Shown in pieces: positions 26,393-36,625 of a stretch of 64,000 bases of DNA (position 1 is the stretch's first letter; every line of letters begins with the position of its first letter). A program made the translations under genes and the position numbers. The notes beneath the pieces are model-generated. The model was not told where the DNA came from and searched no databases. It saw only the letters and a list, made by a program, of their open reading frames with translations. This DNA is from a virus, in IMG/VR virus record IMGVR_UViG_3300033233_000019, positions 1-64,000 of that record; one strand, 5' to 3'.

Positions 26393-28842
26393 CTATCGAT
26401 GTGAAAATCAAACGTCATTTTTACCTTGCTCATTTTTTCGGCAGCAGCTACAGCAAATGCTCTGCCAGTCATATTAGCCACAAGTTTGCTATACCGAACC
26501 GGGCATTGAACTAATAACTCGTCATGTACCATTGCCAAGATTTTTGCTTTCAACCGTGGCAATGTATGCCATAAAAAGGGCATTCCTTTAGAACTATATC
26601 CGCATCCCATAGCCAGTTTAATTATACTGGCATTCGTTCCCTGAATAGGGTGATTCTTGCCCTGCCGCTCAATACGCCCGAACATCGACTTCATCATTGA
26701 TGAGACTGTCCAAGCTTGAGGCATTTGGCGGTGGAGCATGTCATATAACGCTTCATCTGATGGCTTCTTGCCATTCGCTGCCGTGTACGCTTCGGTTTCA
26801 GTTTCGACTGTTTGCTCCCACAACGCCTCAGTCCACTTGGGCCGCATGATACCGAAAAACTTCGGGTCTTTCCGCATCCACTTTTCCCAACGCGATCCTT
26901 CCTCTTCCTTTGCTGACTCGATAATCTCTTGTATGGCGCGATCCCATGTTGGCTCAGGGAACAGTCGTCGGCGACCAAACATGTCCCACGCGGCGCGGTT
27001 GTCTCGTGCTGCTTGAGCCGATGCGTCCAAATAATTCCAAAGATCAGGGAAGCTGTCTTTGTGCTTATCCAAAATATCTTGAGCCTCTTCAACTGATTTA
27101 CCAGTCTGTGCGGCAAGGTTCGATGCCTGACCGCCGTAAGGGATCAGGAAGTTAGGAACCTTCGCATCATCACGCTTATGACCGTGATTCTGGCATTTGC
27201 ATTTCTTGTGCTGTGGTAATCCGTCAGCGCCAATCTTGTAGTACACACACTCAGGTGATGCCCACCCCGGCCATTCAGCAGGATACATCATTTCGGCGCA
27301 AACTTCGTGAACGTCGTCGCCGTGGTTAAATGCGTCGATCCAAACTTTCTCGCCAGACAACTCTGCCAGAATGCGAAGTTCTGCGCCTGACATGTCGGCA
27401 GTCACAATGCAGTAACCTTCAGGTTCGTCCGCGTCTGGTGGATCAGCCACGAAGCACGCACGAATCTCTTCCGCCTTTGGGATATTCTGACCGTTTGGTT
27501 GCGAACTTGTCGAGCGACCTGTTTCAGCATCTAGCTGATTGAACTTCGGGTGTAATCTATAATCGTAAGGATGCAGCCAGCCTTCCTGCCAGCCTTCGGC
27601 TTCCTTGGTTTTTTTGTGCTTGAATCCCGGCGAAGTTGTCCATGTGCTTGTCCACGTCTTGCCGTAGGTCTTAATCGACTTGGACAGCTTTCGGTATTTC
27701 AGGAATGCCGCGATCACCGGAACGTGCTTGTACTCCGACAGGTCGGAATCGTCTGTGCTCGTTAGCCCCTTTAGCCCCGGCATCGTTTCAAACACTTCAA
27801 GCATCTGAGCGCCTGATGAGTAATTGATCAGCGCATCACCTTCGCACTTGGCAACCAGATTGCGCTGCTTGGTGCGCCGCTTGCCAAGGTCGGATGCTTC
27901 CTTCTTCAACTTGTCACGCAGTGGTCGGCGCACTTGGTCTTTCAAGTCGATTGACTTCCACTTTTCCTGCGCTTCAGCAATCTGCACATCTGTAATCACG
28001 GCGCTCTTGGAACCAACAAGCGGAACAAGCACCGGGTCAAGTTCTTCAGTAAGCAGTTTTTTGAAATCTGCGATATTGCGATCACCAATTCCATTCCACT
28101 TGTCTGTGTCCACGCGCATACCGTGAATGTGCATGTCAATGAATGAGCCGATTGCGTTGTTCTCGATTCCGGCTATTTCAATCATGCTGGTGTCTTTGAG
28201 CAACGGATATTGAAGCTGGCGAAAAGCAAGTGGCAACACCACGTCAATCGCGGCATACTCAACTTGCTCCGATGTTATCGGGTCAGTCAGGTTGAATGAC
28301 ATTTGTAGGTCTTTGTTAATCTGCGCGTTGAAATAACGTGCGGCCATTTCCTCCATTGAGAAGTAGCCGTAATCTTTCAGCGAGTGTTCACCAGCCACGA
28401 GCAATCGCTCCACAACGTCGCACGAGAACAATTTCCACGTCCGCATTCCGAAGCACCAGTACGACTGCTCGTACTCAAACCCAAGATTGACTCCTACTTT
28501 AAGATAGTCACCAGTGCATAGGAAAGGAGTGAAAGCGTCAACCACAGCCCGTAGGCGAGGATCAAGGTTCTTACCATAGTTGCCCTGCGTGGCACCAAGT
28601 ACTGTGGAATTGCCGTCAACAAAAGCAAGCAGATCGACAACAAACTGTTCATTTCTGTCTCCAATCTGCCAGAGACGATCCCGGCGAACGTAGAAGTCCT
28701 TAGCCGGGGTCGTTTCTTTGTCCCACCCAAGAACTCGCTTGGACTTGAGCAAATGATTTGTCATTCGCAGCAATCCTGCACCGTCTGTCACGAGTGTTGG
28801 GTTCAACGGCGGATTCAACTTCAGTGGAGCTAACTCACTCAT
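26377..28842 (-). CDS. polA: family A DNA polymerase with 3'-5' exonuclease
   Basis: Exo I WDKET, TGRSTSSQPNGQNIP, motif A ADMSGAELR, motif B R...K..NF...YG, motif C VHDEL. Confidence 0.95.
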   Translation of the reverse strand: MSELAPLKLNPPLNPTLVTDGAGLLRMTNHLLKSKRVLGWDKETTPAKDFYVRRDRLWQIGDRNEQFVVDLLAFVDGNSTVLGATQGNYGKNLDPRLRAVVDAFTPFLCTGDYLKVGVNLGFEYEQSYWCFGMRTWKLFSCDVVERLLVAGEHSLKDYGYFSMEEMAARYFNAQINKDLQMSFNLTDPITSEQVEYAAIDVVLPLAFRQLQYPLLKDTSMIEIAGIENNAIGSFIDMHIHGMRVDTDKWNGIGDRNIADFKKLLTEELDPVLVPLVGSKSAVITDVQIAEAQEKWKSIDLKDQVRRPLRDKLKKEASDLGKRRTKQRNLVAKCEGDALINYSSGAQMLEVFETMPGLKGLTSTDDSDLSEYKHVPVIAAFLKYRKLSKSIKTYGKTWTSTWTTSPGFKHKKTKEAEGWQEGWLHPYDYRLHPKFNQLDAETGRSTSSQPNGQNIPKAEEIRACFVADPPDADEPEGYCIVTADMSGAELRILAELSGEKVWIDAFNHGDDVHEVCAEMMYPAEWPGWASPECVYYKIGADGLPQHKKCKCQNHGHKRDDAKVPNFLIPYGGQASNLAAQTGKSVEEAQDILDKHKDSFPDLWNYLDASAQAARDNRAAWDMFGRRRLFPEPTWDRAIQEIIESAKEEEGSRWEKWMRKDPKFFGIMRPKWTEALWEQTVETETEAYTAANGKKPSDEALYDMLHRQMPQAWTVSSMMKSMFGRIERQGKNHPIQGTNASIIKLAMGCGYSSKGMPFLWHTLPRLKAKILAMVHDELLVQCPVRYSKLVANMTGRAFAVAAAEKMSKVKMTFDFHIDSCWRK

Positions 28843-31019
28843 TTCGATCCCCATGAATCTTTGTACTCCCAATAGAGCCTGTGGCCTTCTTTTCCGTTTC
28901 TGTAGATTCCAATCTTGTCGGCCATGCGACACAACGTGTCCCACGAGCAACTTGTCTCTGCCATCAACTGCGCGTCGAAATCATCTACGTACCGTTTACT
29001 CTCGACTGCGAACACCGCCTTGATTGATTGCTCACGCTTGCTATTGCGCTTATCGTTGTTCACATCACGACTCTCGCGGTCCGCCGCAATGTCGTCGGCT
29101 GATTGCAAATTCTCTCCAAGATATTCGACCTTCGCTTGTTCACCAAGCTGCGGTAACGCTGGCATGACAAACCCAATCGTTTTGAAATCGATGCCGGGGA
29201 ACTGACCAAGATTGCGCTTGATCTGCGACATGGTGGTTATCTCATCGTTGCGAGTGAACATCCAACCCATACGAGCGACTTCACCAATCGCAGCGGAGCC
29301 ACCGATCTTATGCAATGCGTTCGCTACGCCTTGCTGTTTGTTGTGGTGGGCGATCAGCAGAATAGCAATCTGGTAATCCGCCGCCAGTCTTGACAGCGGC
29401 ATCATAATCTGCCGCACATCCTGTGTCTTGTCGCCTTTCTTGTTGCCAAGGTAATTCATCAGTGGATCGATCACGACCAACTTAATGTCGCTGTTTTCCA
29501 GAACTTGTTTCTCGATGTACTGAATGTCTTTGTCGAGATTGAGTGTGACAATCTCTCCCGGTCTGCCTTCGATACCTTGCACCATCAGCAATCGTTTTAG
29601 GTCACCATCTGCTGCCAAAAATCTTGGGCCGATGATCGTGTTGGGATCGTCTTCCTCAGACAGCAACAGCGTGGTCGCCGGATCGTTTTCATTTTTGGAG
29701 CCATCGATGAAGTCTGCACCATTGCTCAATCGAGCGGCGAAATCGAGAGCCATCAAAGTTTTACCGATGCCAGCATCACCGGAGAACACGGTAACGAATC
29801 CAAGCGGCACCCGATTCTTCCAGAGCCACTTCGTCGTGTCCATCTTCGCCAGATCAATCGTCACAACTTTGATGTGCTTCTCTGGCTCGACGACAGGCTC
29901 ATCGTCAACAGGTTGCGGTGTAAGCGCCGATTCCTTCAGTGTTGCGAAACTGAATCGTTTTCCGAACTTTGCCTCAGCCGCATCGCGGAACTGTCTCCAA
30001 TGATTTTCAGAGCACGAATTGTGAAAACAGAAATACCCCAATCCCGATGGACCAACGAAGACAGCAGCGTCTTTGTTGCCGTGCTCCGGGTTGAAGAAAC
30101 ATTCGTTGAGGACAAACTTGTATCGACCATCCGGGTCTTCTCCCTCGCTCTTAATTTCGATGCCGTAGAAATCCAGAAACGCACGCATGTGCTCTTTGGT
30201 GTATTCAACGTGCTTGCTAGCAACGAGGCCACTTCTCTTCGTGGTCACGGGAGTTATTGCCTTTGCAATCTCGACAGTCGAAGCAAGAGCAGTCAATTGC
30301 TCAAGTGTAACGCAATCCATTCCACCAACACCGTTGGCAACCAACTTCGATACGCGGTGAAATCTTTTCTGCGCCGCGTGCTCTTCCCCCTTGCGTGCCA
30401 TACTGCCGTAAGCTTTCACGATGCGTGCCGCATTGAAAACCGACTTGTCCACTTTCACTTTGTCAGTATCAAACTTCGCGGCCAGCGCACCCAAGACAGC
30501 TTTCAACAATGCAGTAACATCGCTAGTGTTGTCCAGATCAACGCGATACAGCAGATGGTAACCATTGCCAGAGTCTCCGAACAAGGGACGCGGCCAGCCT
30601 TCGGCCTTGAGATACTTGAAAATTTCAGATACCTTTTCCTTCGCAAGCGCCTTCTCCTCGTCTGAAGAACTGATGCCAGCCGCACGCTGTGGGTCAATGT
30701 CCAGCAGCAGCCAACGGCGGCGAAGAATTTGAGAGTCTTGGGTTGTCTCGTTCGCATTCTCGCGTGACTTGTTGCACGAGCGGGAAATCAGCGACGGTTC
30801 GCAGGGATTCAACGTATAGTAAACAGCGGTATAGCATTGGCCTACTTCCCTAATATCTTTTGCCAACTCCCCATGATCATCGTAGTAACCAGAAATTGTA
30901 CCAAGGTTGCGCCCGTTTTCAGCTTTCGCTTTCGGGATTCGGAGTTCGACTACTGCGCCTTCGGGAAACAGCGCAGTGATTGCTGCACGAATGTCTTCCA
31001 ACTTAATTTCTTCCGCCAT
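28839..31019 (-). CDS. primase (AEP-like)-helicase (RecA/AAA_25) fusion
   Basis: LLDID, SGNGYHL, C..H/CFH..C zinc motif, GDAGIGKT, SEED, VVIDPL, HHNK. Confidence 0.85.
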   Translation of the reverse strand: MAEEIKLEDIRAAITALFPEGAVVELRIPKAKAENGRNLGTISGYYDDHGELAKDIREVGQCYTAVYYTLNPCEPSLISRSCNKSRENANETTQDSQILRRRWLLLDIDPQRAAGISSSDEEKALAKEKVSEIFKYLKAEGWPRPLFGDSGNGYHLLYRVDLDNTSDVTALLKAVLGALAAKFDTDKVKVDKSVFNAARIVKAYGSMARKGEEHAAQKRFHRVSKLVANGVGGMDCVTLEQLTALASTVEIAKAITPVTTKRSGLVASKHVEYTKEHMRAFLDFYGIEIKSEGEDPDGRYKFVLNECFFNPEHGNKDAAVFVGPSGLGYFCFHNSCSENHWRQFRDAAEAKFGKRFSFATLKESALTPQPVDDEPVVEPEKHIKVVTIDLAKMDTTKWLWKNRVPLGFVTVFSGDAGIGKTLMALDFAARLSNGADFIDGSKNENDPATTLLLSEEDDPNTIIGPRFLAADGDLKRLLMVQGIEGRPGEIVTLNLDKDIQYIEKQVLENSDIKLVVIDPLMNYLGNKKGDKTQDVRQIMMPLSRLAADYQIAILLIAHHNKQQGVANALHKIGGSAAIGEVARMGWMFTRNDEITTMSQIKRNLGQFPGIDFKTIGFVMPALPQLGEQAKVEYLGENLQSADDIAADRESRDVNNDKRNSKREQSIKAVFAVESKRYVDDFDAQLMAETSCSWDTLCRMADKIGIYRNGKEGHRLYWEYKDSWGSK

Positions 31020-31422
31020 TCTTGCCTTTCACATAGGGATTATTTTCACCTATGCGGTTTTTGCAATAGGCCAAATAATTTGGGTAGTTCATGTTTTCTT
31101 TTTGTGTTCCCCATACCAAATTGGTTGGTATGTTGTTTTGTGAATTTTCGTCGTTGTGTAAACAATAAGGTTTACCTATTGGCGCTGGTCCGTTGAATGC
31201 TTCACAAACCAGCCGTGCAACTTTGTAAGTTTGATGATTGCGCTTGTGTCTATAAATGAAACGCTTTCCGTCCCATTGTCCAAAAGAAACAGTTCCGCCA
31301 TATGAGCGATATCCACCATTCGGCATTGCAATCGTATAAGGTACAACTCTAATCCGTCCCAAAGATGAGGCTTCTAAATTTGGGACGGATAGAATTGATT
31401 TCCATGTTTCGTTATTCATCAA
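31003..31422 (-). CDS. NUMOD4/HNH homing endonuclease
   Basis: ETWKSI...EASSLGRIR; VARLVCEAF.G...H.DENSQNN...NLVWGTQKENM. Confidence 0.85.
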   Translation of the reverse strand: MMNNETWKSILSVPNLEASSLGRIRVVPYTIAMPNGGYRSYGGTVSFGQWDGKRFIYRHKRNHQTYKVARLVCEAFNGPAPIGKPYCLHNDENSQNNIPTNLVWGTQKENMNYPNYLAYCKNRIGENNPYVKGKNGGRN

Positions 31423-32051
31423 AAAGGAATATCATCGTCCGAAATCTCGACGCTTCCTTCCTGTGGCCCGACTTCAACGCCAGCCTTTGCAGCCGAACGT
31501 GTGGTGCTGGTTGGAGCCGGAGTGGTCTTCGGAGCGGAAGTTCCTACTGAAGCATTCTTCGGAGCAGTCTTCGGAGCAGTCTTCGGAGCAGCCTTCTGCG
31601 CGGGTTTCTGATCCTTCTCCTTGTTGCAATCGCGGACGAAATCCGCAGGAATGCCGACAGCCTGATTCTTGATCGGAGCCAGAATCGTTGCGATGTTGGC
31701 AAAAATCTTGCCTTCCGCGCCTTCGTTCTGAATCACATCCAGTTGGCATTGCTTGCCGATGAGCGTCTCAAGGTCGAGCGACTCGCCGGGGTCTTTTCCA
31801 AGCAAACGCCGAACTGCTTTGAACATGATGCTTTTTTCGTGAAGCGACAAACTCATCTGCTGCATCAAACGAAATGGCCTTCCATCAGAATCGGTATCCG
31901 ACAGGATGAAGATGAAGCGGACACGATGCTTCGTGCCGTAGTTGGTGGGCTGATCGCCCAAGTCAATAACGTCCGCAAGGACAGCCTGATACAGACCGTC
32001 AGCGGGAATCTCGAAATCCTTCTGCTCTTTCTTGTTAACCACAATCGCCAT
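31419..32051 (-). CDS. single-stranded DNA-binding protein (phage OB-fold type)
   Basis: Acidic C-terminal tip SDDDIPF; position next to primase/polymerase. Confidence 0.75.
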   Translation of the reverse strand: MAIVVNKKEQKDFEIPADGLYQAVLADVIDLGDQPTNYGTKHRVRFIFILSDTDSDGRPFRLMQQMSLSLHEKSIMFKAVRRLLGKDPGESLDLETLIGKQCQLDVIQNEGAEGKIFANIATILAPIKNQAVGIPADFVRDCNKEKDQKPAQKAAPKTAPKTAPKNASVGTSAPKTTPAPTSTTRSAAKAGVEVGPQEGSVEISDDDIPF

Positions 32052-32094
32052 ACTGTTTACGACCTTTCTCGTGCTCTGTTAGCAACGTGGAACC

Positions 32095-32123
32095 ATTCTA
32101 GCACAGGTGCCGCTCCGTGTCAA
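32095..32123 (-). promoter_or_regulatory. sigma70-type promoter of the replication operon
   Basis: TTGACA-17bp-TAGAAT. Confidence 0.75.
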
Positions 32124-32127
32124 GGAT

Positions 32128-32302
32128 AAAAGTGCAGTTGCGGTGAGGAACCCCGGAAGCAAATCGTCCGAAGAGCTTGGTGGAATACCCTCTGCCGGGT
32201 AGCATATGACTCCGGTCAGTTCTCTCCCATATTCAGTCCTGCTCCTCCACCGACCAACGATTGAAGTCTCGCCGTGCGTGGATTCTCCTCCGTAACTGCA
32301 CT
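32128..32302 (-). ncRNA. ~175-nt rod-shaped small RNA, 6S-like candidate
   Basis: Own promoter (32308-32336); 5' AGUGCAGUU pairs with 3' AACUGCACU followed by a U-run; nested internal helices. Confidence 0.6.
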
Positions 32303-32307
32303 CACAC

Positions 32308-32336
32308 ATCCTACTCCCGATCCTGCATTCTGTCAA
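32308..32336 (-). promoter_or_regulatory. sigma70-type promoter for the small RNA
   Basis: TTGACA-17bp-TAGGAT. Confidence 0.7.
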
Positions 32337-32399
32337 GAAGAAATGAGATTTGTTGAAAACAAAGCACATCTTTAGAAACCCACACCATATACTAACTAT

Positions 32400-32720
32400 G
32401 ACTAACGAAGTACCGCCCGGATCACCCGCTAACCCTGAGTACACGCTTAGGTATCCGTTAGCCGCACGGATCGGGTGTAGTGGACGGTATACTTAGAGGC
32501 TGTTAGCAACCCATTAGCCCGATTAGTCGCGTAAATTGTTGATTACAAATATATATGTCAACTGTCTGTTAACTGTTAATTCCGCGCAAAATTCAAAGTT
32601 ATTGAAAACAAAGGAGTTATGCGACAAACGCTTATTTTGGCGTTAAAAGTCCTTTGTTTTCAAAGCTTTACCCGGAAAGTATTCGGCGGCTATCAAGTTG
32701 TTGAAACAAAAGAAATAAAA
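32400..32720. other. AT-rich divergent intergenic region with IHF-consensus sites and TTAG motifs (candidate origin)
   Basis: WATCAANNNNTTR matches at 32532-32544 (minus) and 32691-32703 (plus). Confidence 0.45.
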
Positions 32721-32723
32721 GTG

Positions 32724-32752
32724 TTGACATTTGATGCAATTTAGTTTACAAT
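32724..32752 (+). promoter_or_regulatory. sigma70-type promoter, leaderless mRNA
   Basis: TTGACA-17bp-TACAAT; ATG 6 nt downstream. Confidence 0.7.
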
Positions 32753-32758
32753 GTAAAG

Positions 32759-33322
32759 ATGAGAGAACTTCGACCCGGAATCGATTATCTAACTGAAGGC
32801 AACGCTGGAATAAGATACAATCGGCGGCGTGCTCAAGAAGCAAAAGAATTGAGTAAACCTAAGAAAATAAAAACTTTGGCAGCAGTCTTGGAAGACTTCC
32901 ACAATAGAGCCAAAGACCAGACCAAACGACTAGGCTTGCTTCGATATATGACAACTATTATACTAAAAGAGGTTAGTTTAGAAGAACTTACAAGGAAAAG
33001 AAAAAAATTCGACGAGTTCAAAAACGATATTTTCCCTTTGACTGAGGATTGGTGCTGGTTGTGTAATAAGCAGTTAGCCACGATTAGGCACCACGTCATA
33101 CTGCTGAGAAACGGCGGTCCTGAACTGGCGAAGCCTAATGTTGTTTTGCTGTGTCAAAATTGCCATAATGTCATTCATCCGTGGTTGCACGAGTCGAACG
33201 TATCACAATCGGAACTTACAAGGATTATTGATGTTTTCCAAAAAGCAAAAGAAGGAAAACTGTCTAGGAGTCAGGCAGAAATTGAGATGTCTATAATTTT
33301 CGACGGTCTTTTTGCGATCTAA
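32759..33322 (+). CDS. HNH endonuclease
   Basis: CWLC...HHVILLRNGG...NVVLLCQNCHNVIH. Confidence 0.8.
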   Translation: MRELRPGIDYLTEGNAGIRYNRRRAQEAKELSKPKKIKTLAAVLEDFHNRAKDQTKRLGLLRYMTTIILKEVSLEELTRKRKKFDEFKNDIFPLTEDWCWLCNKQLATIRHHVILLRNGGPELAKPNVVLLCQNCHNVIHPWLHESNVSQSELTRIIDVFQKAKEGKLSRSQAEIEMSIIFDGLFAI

Positions 33323-33543
33323 ATAATTATTTTTCCTTTATTTTCAACAACATAACTTGTTTACTAAGGAATCACTGTGGTATAATAGTACTATACACAA
33401 ACGATGGGAACTAACGCTTTAACCGGGCCTCCTCCTGCTGGCTCCCGCCAGTACCCGGTCTTAGGGGCTAGCGAACACCGTCGTCAGACGGGATCAAGTA
33501 GTTAGCCCCAATATCGTATATTAGAGGAGTCGTTGAAGGCCGA

Positions 33544-34563
33544 ATGAAAGACTTGAGCATCATTATTCCGGCCTATGGGTTGGACGACGCAATTGGTTTA
33601 TGGGCAACGATTGAGGCTTGTGTCTTCGATCTGGAAAGTTCCGGGCTGACTTATGATTTTCGGGTCTGTGTGAACGGAGTCTCTATTCCGCCCGAAGAGA
33701 CGGAGACAATTCACAAGTATCTAAATAGCGCCGGGTTAGTTGGTGAGTGGGTTCACAAAGATAAACCACAGTGCCCTGCTCGTGCGAGACAATTGCTGGC
33801 AAAAAACTGCGACAGCAAATACATCTTCTTATTGGACAATCATTGCATTCCAATGCCGGGGTACTTCAAGCGCGGCGTTGAGATATCGGATAAATACAAC
33901 ATCGATCTTCTGCATTCGGTCACACACATGTTTACAGGGTTTCGCCGTGACTACGAGTACAAGCTTACACTGGAAAAAAATTTTTGGGCAAATGAGGGAT
34001 ACCAAACTCCTCTGAAGAATGTTCCATACCCGATTGCCGCCGCAGGACATGGCGGGGTCGTTCTTCGCAATTCCACGCTGAAAGAAACAGGCGGATATTG
34101 GGAAGGCTTCGACGGCTATGCTGGCGAAGAGATGTATGTGGACATGAAGTATTGGTTGCTCGGCAAGAAAGTTTGGATTGACCCAGATTTTGTTCACGCT
34201 CATTGGGCAGCACGCAGGAAGTATCAACGTCGTAGTTCAGAGGGTTATTTCCTGAACATGCTAATGGCCACTAACATTATCGGCGGCGAAGCATGGATGA
34301 ACAGGGTCTACAACAACGTCAAGAACAGCGACATATTGCCACAACCTGTTAATGTAGAAAGCAGTTCAGACGACATAATCGATGTGGGAAATTACGTCGA
34401 AGACTTAGAAAGCAAACTACAGCCGGTAAAAATTTTGGACAGCAGCTATCTCGATAGAGCTAGATACAATTCACGAGAACACGCTGGCTGGATGGCGCGT
34501 AACAGAAAAATGACGCTGGATGAGTTGCTTGAGTACTTCAAGAGAAACGGTATTCGTACTTAG
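33544..34563 (+). CDS. glycosyltransferase family 2-like
   Basis: LSIIIPAY, ARARQ, YIFLLDNH, GGY..GF..YAGEE. Confidence 0.8.
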   Translation: MKDLSIIIPAYGLDDAIGLWATIEACVFDLESSGLTYDFRVCVNGVSIPPEETETIHKYLNSAGLVGEWVHKDKPQCPARARQLLAKNCDSKYIFLLDNHCIPMPGYFKRGVEISDKYNIDLLHSVTHMFTGFRRDYEYKLTLEKNFWANEGYQTPLKNVPYPIAAAGHGGVVLRNSTLKETGGYWEGFDGYAGEEMYVDMKYWLLGKKVWIDPDFVHAHWAARRKYQRRSSEGYFLNMLMATNIIGGEAWMNRVYNNVKNSDILPQPVNVESSSDDIIDVGNYVEDLESKLQPVKILDSSYLDRARYNSREHAGWMARNRKMTLDELLEYFKRNGIRT

Positions 34564-34577
34564 GATAGAGAGTAAAA

Positions 34578-34985
34578 ATGTTTGATAGCACAAATTATCA
34601 AAAGCAATACTATCTATTAAACAAAGAAAAATCTGCCTCTAGGAAGAAAGTCAGTCGAGAAAGAAATAAGGAACACTACACCGAATACCAAAGGTCTTAC
34701 AGAGCTACGCACAAAGGCCAGACCAAGAACTATAATTTACAACACGATTACGGAATTTCCGTTGAAGATTACGACGTCTTACTTAAAACGCAGTTTGGCA
34801 AGTGTGCTATTTGTGGAGCCGTGGAATCTACTCATAGATATAAAAGTTTGAATGTAGACCACGACCACAATAGTAATAAGGTTCGTGGGCTATTGTGTCA
34901 TAAATGTAATATTAGACTTGGCTCGTTTGAAAACAATTTAGACTGGCTTAGAGCCGCCCTAGACTACTTGGGAGTTAGTCTCTAA
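34578..34985 (+). CDS. endonuclease VII-family homing endonuclease
   Basis: YGIS...Q.GKCAICG...VDHDH...VRGLLCHKCN..LG. Confidence 0.88.
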   Translation: MFDSTNYQKQYYLLNKEKSASRKKVSRERNKEHYTEYQRSYRATHKGQTKNYNLQHDYGISVEDYDVLLKTQFGKCAICGAVESTHRYKSLNVDHDHNSNKVRGLLCHKCNIRLGSFENNLDWLRAALDYLGVSL

Positions 34986-36415
34986 TGACTACCACAAATT
35001 ATACTCTTGTAGTTACTTCGTGCGAAAGACCTGAACTTCTTAAGCAAACTTTATTATCGTTTGCAATGTATGCCGACATAGAGCCGATTGATACCGTTGT
35101 CATTGAAGATGGCAATTCGGACGCTCCAGCTTGGTTCGAGAATATTCAAGGGCTTGGCAAACTTAGATGGCTAAAGAACGGTGTTCGTCGAGGGCAGACC
35201 TATTCTATCGATAGAGTTTATTCGGAAGTTAAGACCGAATATCTTTTCCATTCAGAAGAAGATTGGTTGTACACCCGCACAGGATTTATCAAAGAGAGTC
35301 TTGATATCTTGGCAAAATACTCAGATATCTCTATGGTTGGCATTAGAGGAAAATCCGAACATCCCGAATTTTTTGACGCAGAGCGCGGGTTCAATATTCG
35401 GCAGAAAGATTGGAATGGATGGGGCGGTATTTCTTGGAATCCCGGCCTTCGCCGTTTGGAAGATTACAATCGAATCGGAAAGTTTGGCAATCATGTCGAT
35501 TACGACCTGACATGCCATGAGCATAAGATTAGTACAATTTACCGCTCGTTAGGATTCTTCATGGCGAGTCTCCCGGTTGCCTGCAAGCACATCGGAGCAG
35601 ATCACAAAGTTTGGAGTCGAGCAGTTGTATTACCCAAAATTCTGGTAACTATACCCGCTTGTCACCAATACTATGTCGGTAATTTGGCACATGAAAATTA
35701 CGACAAGCATCAAAACACTTTTGTCGGCGATCAGATTTTGGCGTGTCGTGAAACGTGGCTTAAGGATTCAAAATTAGACTACAAGTTTTTCTATGGGCAG
35801 GGCGCTGATCGTGAACCGGGCGAAGATGAAGTTTTTCTCGATGTACCGGACGATTATCGCAGTCTGACCAAGAAGCTGAAAGCCACTTGTAAATGGGCGC
35901 TTGATCACGGATATGAATACATTTTCAAGTGTGACGACGATACTTACGTTTGGGCTGACCGTCTGCGTACAAGCGGGTTTGAACATCACGATTATGTTGG
36001 CTACGATTGGGCTTGCAATTCATCGAACAAACATCATTGTTTTGCTGGTGGATTCGCGTGTTGGTTTAGTGCGAAGGCCGCGAAAGTAATTGCCGATGCA
36101 CTGGACACAACTGAACCTGCGGACGATGTTTGGGCTGGTCACATGCTGCGGGATGCAGGAATAAAGCTCGTGCATGATGCCCGGTATCATCCGAACAACG
36201 CGAACAAGTTCATCAACATTGAAGACGTTCCTTTGCAGCACGCATACATTGCACTTCATGCGTGTGACTCGGAGACGATACGTCAGCTTCACGAAAGAGC
36301 GTGGATGTTAAGTGATTCTCCGGTGAGCAACGCAACAGGGTTTACGGAAGCAGACAGACAGAGTAAAACTTTTGAGCAAGAGCTTGCAGACCTAATGGGA
36401 GGGTTACAGGTATGA
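34985..36415 (+). CDS. two-domain glycosyltransferase (GT2-like + GT31/galactosyl-T-like)
   Basis: N: VTSCERP, FHSEEDW, WNPGLRR; C: RETW, DDYRSL..K, FKCDDDTYV, DDVWAG. Confidence 0.8.
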   Translation: MTTTNYTLVVTSCERPELLKQTLLSFAMYADIEPIDTVVIEDGNSDAPAWFENIQGLGKLRWLKNGVRRGQTYSIDRVYSEVKTEYLFHSEEDWLYTRTGFIKESLDILAKYSDISMVGIRGKSEHPEFFDAERGFNIRQKDWNGWGGISWNPGLRRLEDYNRIGKFGNHVDYDLTCHEHKISTIYRSLGFFMASLPVACKHIGADHKVWSRAVVLPKILVTIPACHQYYVGNLAHENYDKHQNTFVGDQILACRETWLKDSKLDYKFFYGQGADREPGEDEVFLDVPDDYRSLTKKLKATCKWALDHGYEYIFKCDDDTYVWADRLRTSGFEHHDYVGYDWACNSSNKHHCFAGGFACWFSAKAAKVIADALDTTEPADDVWAGHMLRDAGIKLVHDARYHPNNANKFINIEDVPLQHAYIALHACDSETIRQLHERAWMLSDSPVSNATGFTEADRQSKTFEQELADLMGGLQV

Positions 36416-36579
36416 GCGACACAACGGTTGTTACGCAGGAAGAAATAAAAGAGCTAAAAGCTAAAGTCAACAAGAGTATCGAGCAGTTGGTTCGCATGGT
36501 CTTGCAAGTAAAGAAGAGGGTTGACCAATTAGACGAGCGTATAGCCATATTCAACGCTAGGGCGGGTCATAAGCTATGA
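36412..36579 (+). CDS. small coiled-coil protein (below ORF-track cutoff)
   Basis: MSDTTVVTQEEIKELKAKVNKSIEQLV... 55 aa; ATG overlaps upstream stop; GGAGG RBS. Confidence 0.55.
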   Translation: MSDTTVVTQEEIKELKAKVNKSIEQLVRMVLQVKKRVDQLDERIAIFNARAGHKL

Positions 36580-36625
36580 ATTATTTCTGGCCGAACATGA
36601 TAGGGGAGTCTCTTTGGCATAAGAC

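Noticed and set aside
32079-32444. 121-aa minus-strand ORF
   Set aside because: Crosses two consensus promoters and the rod-shaped RNA; no RBS or recognisable motif
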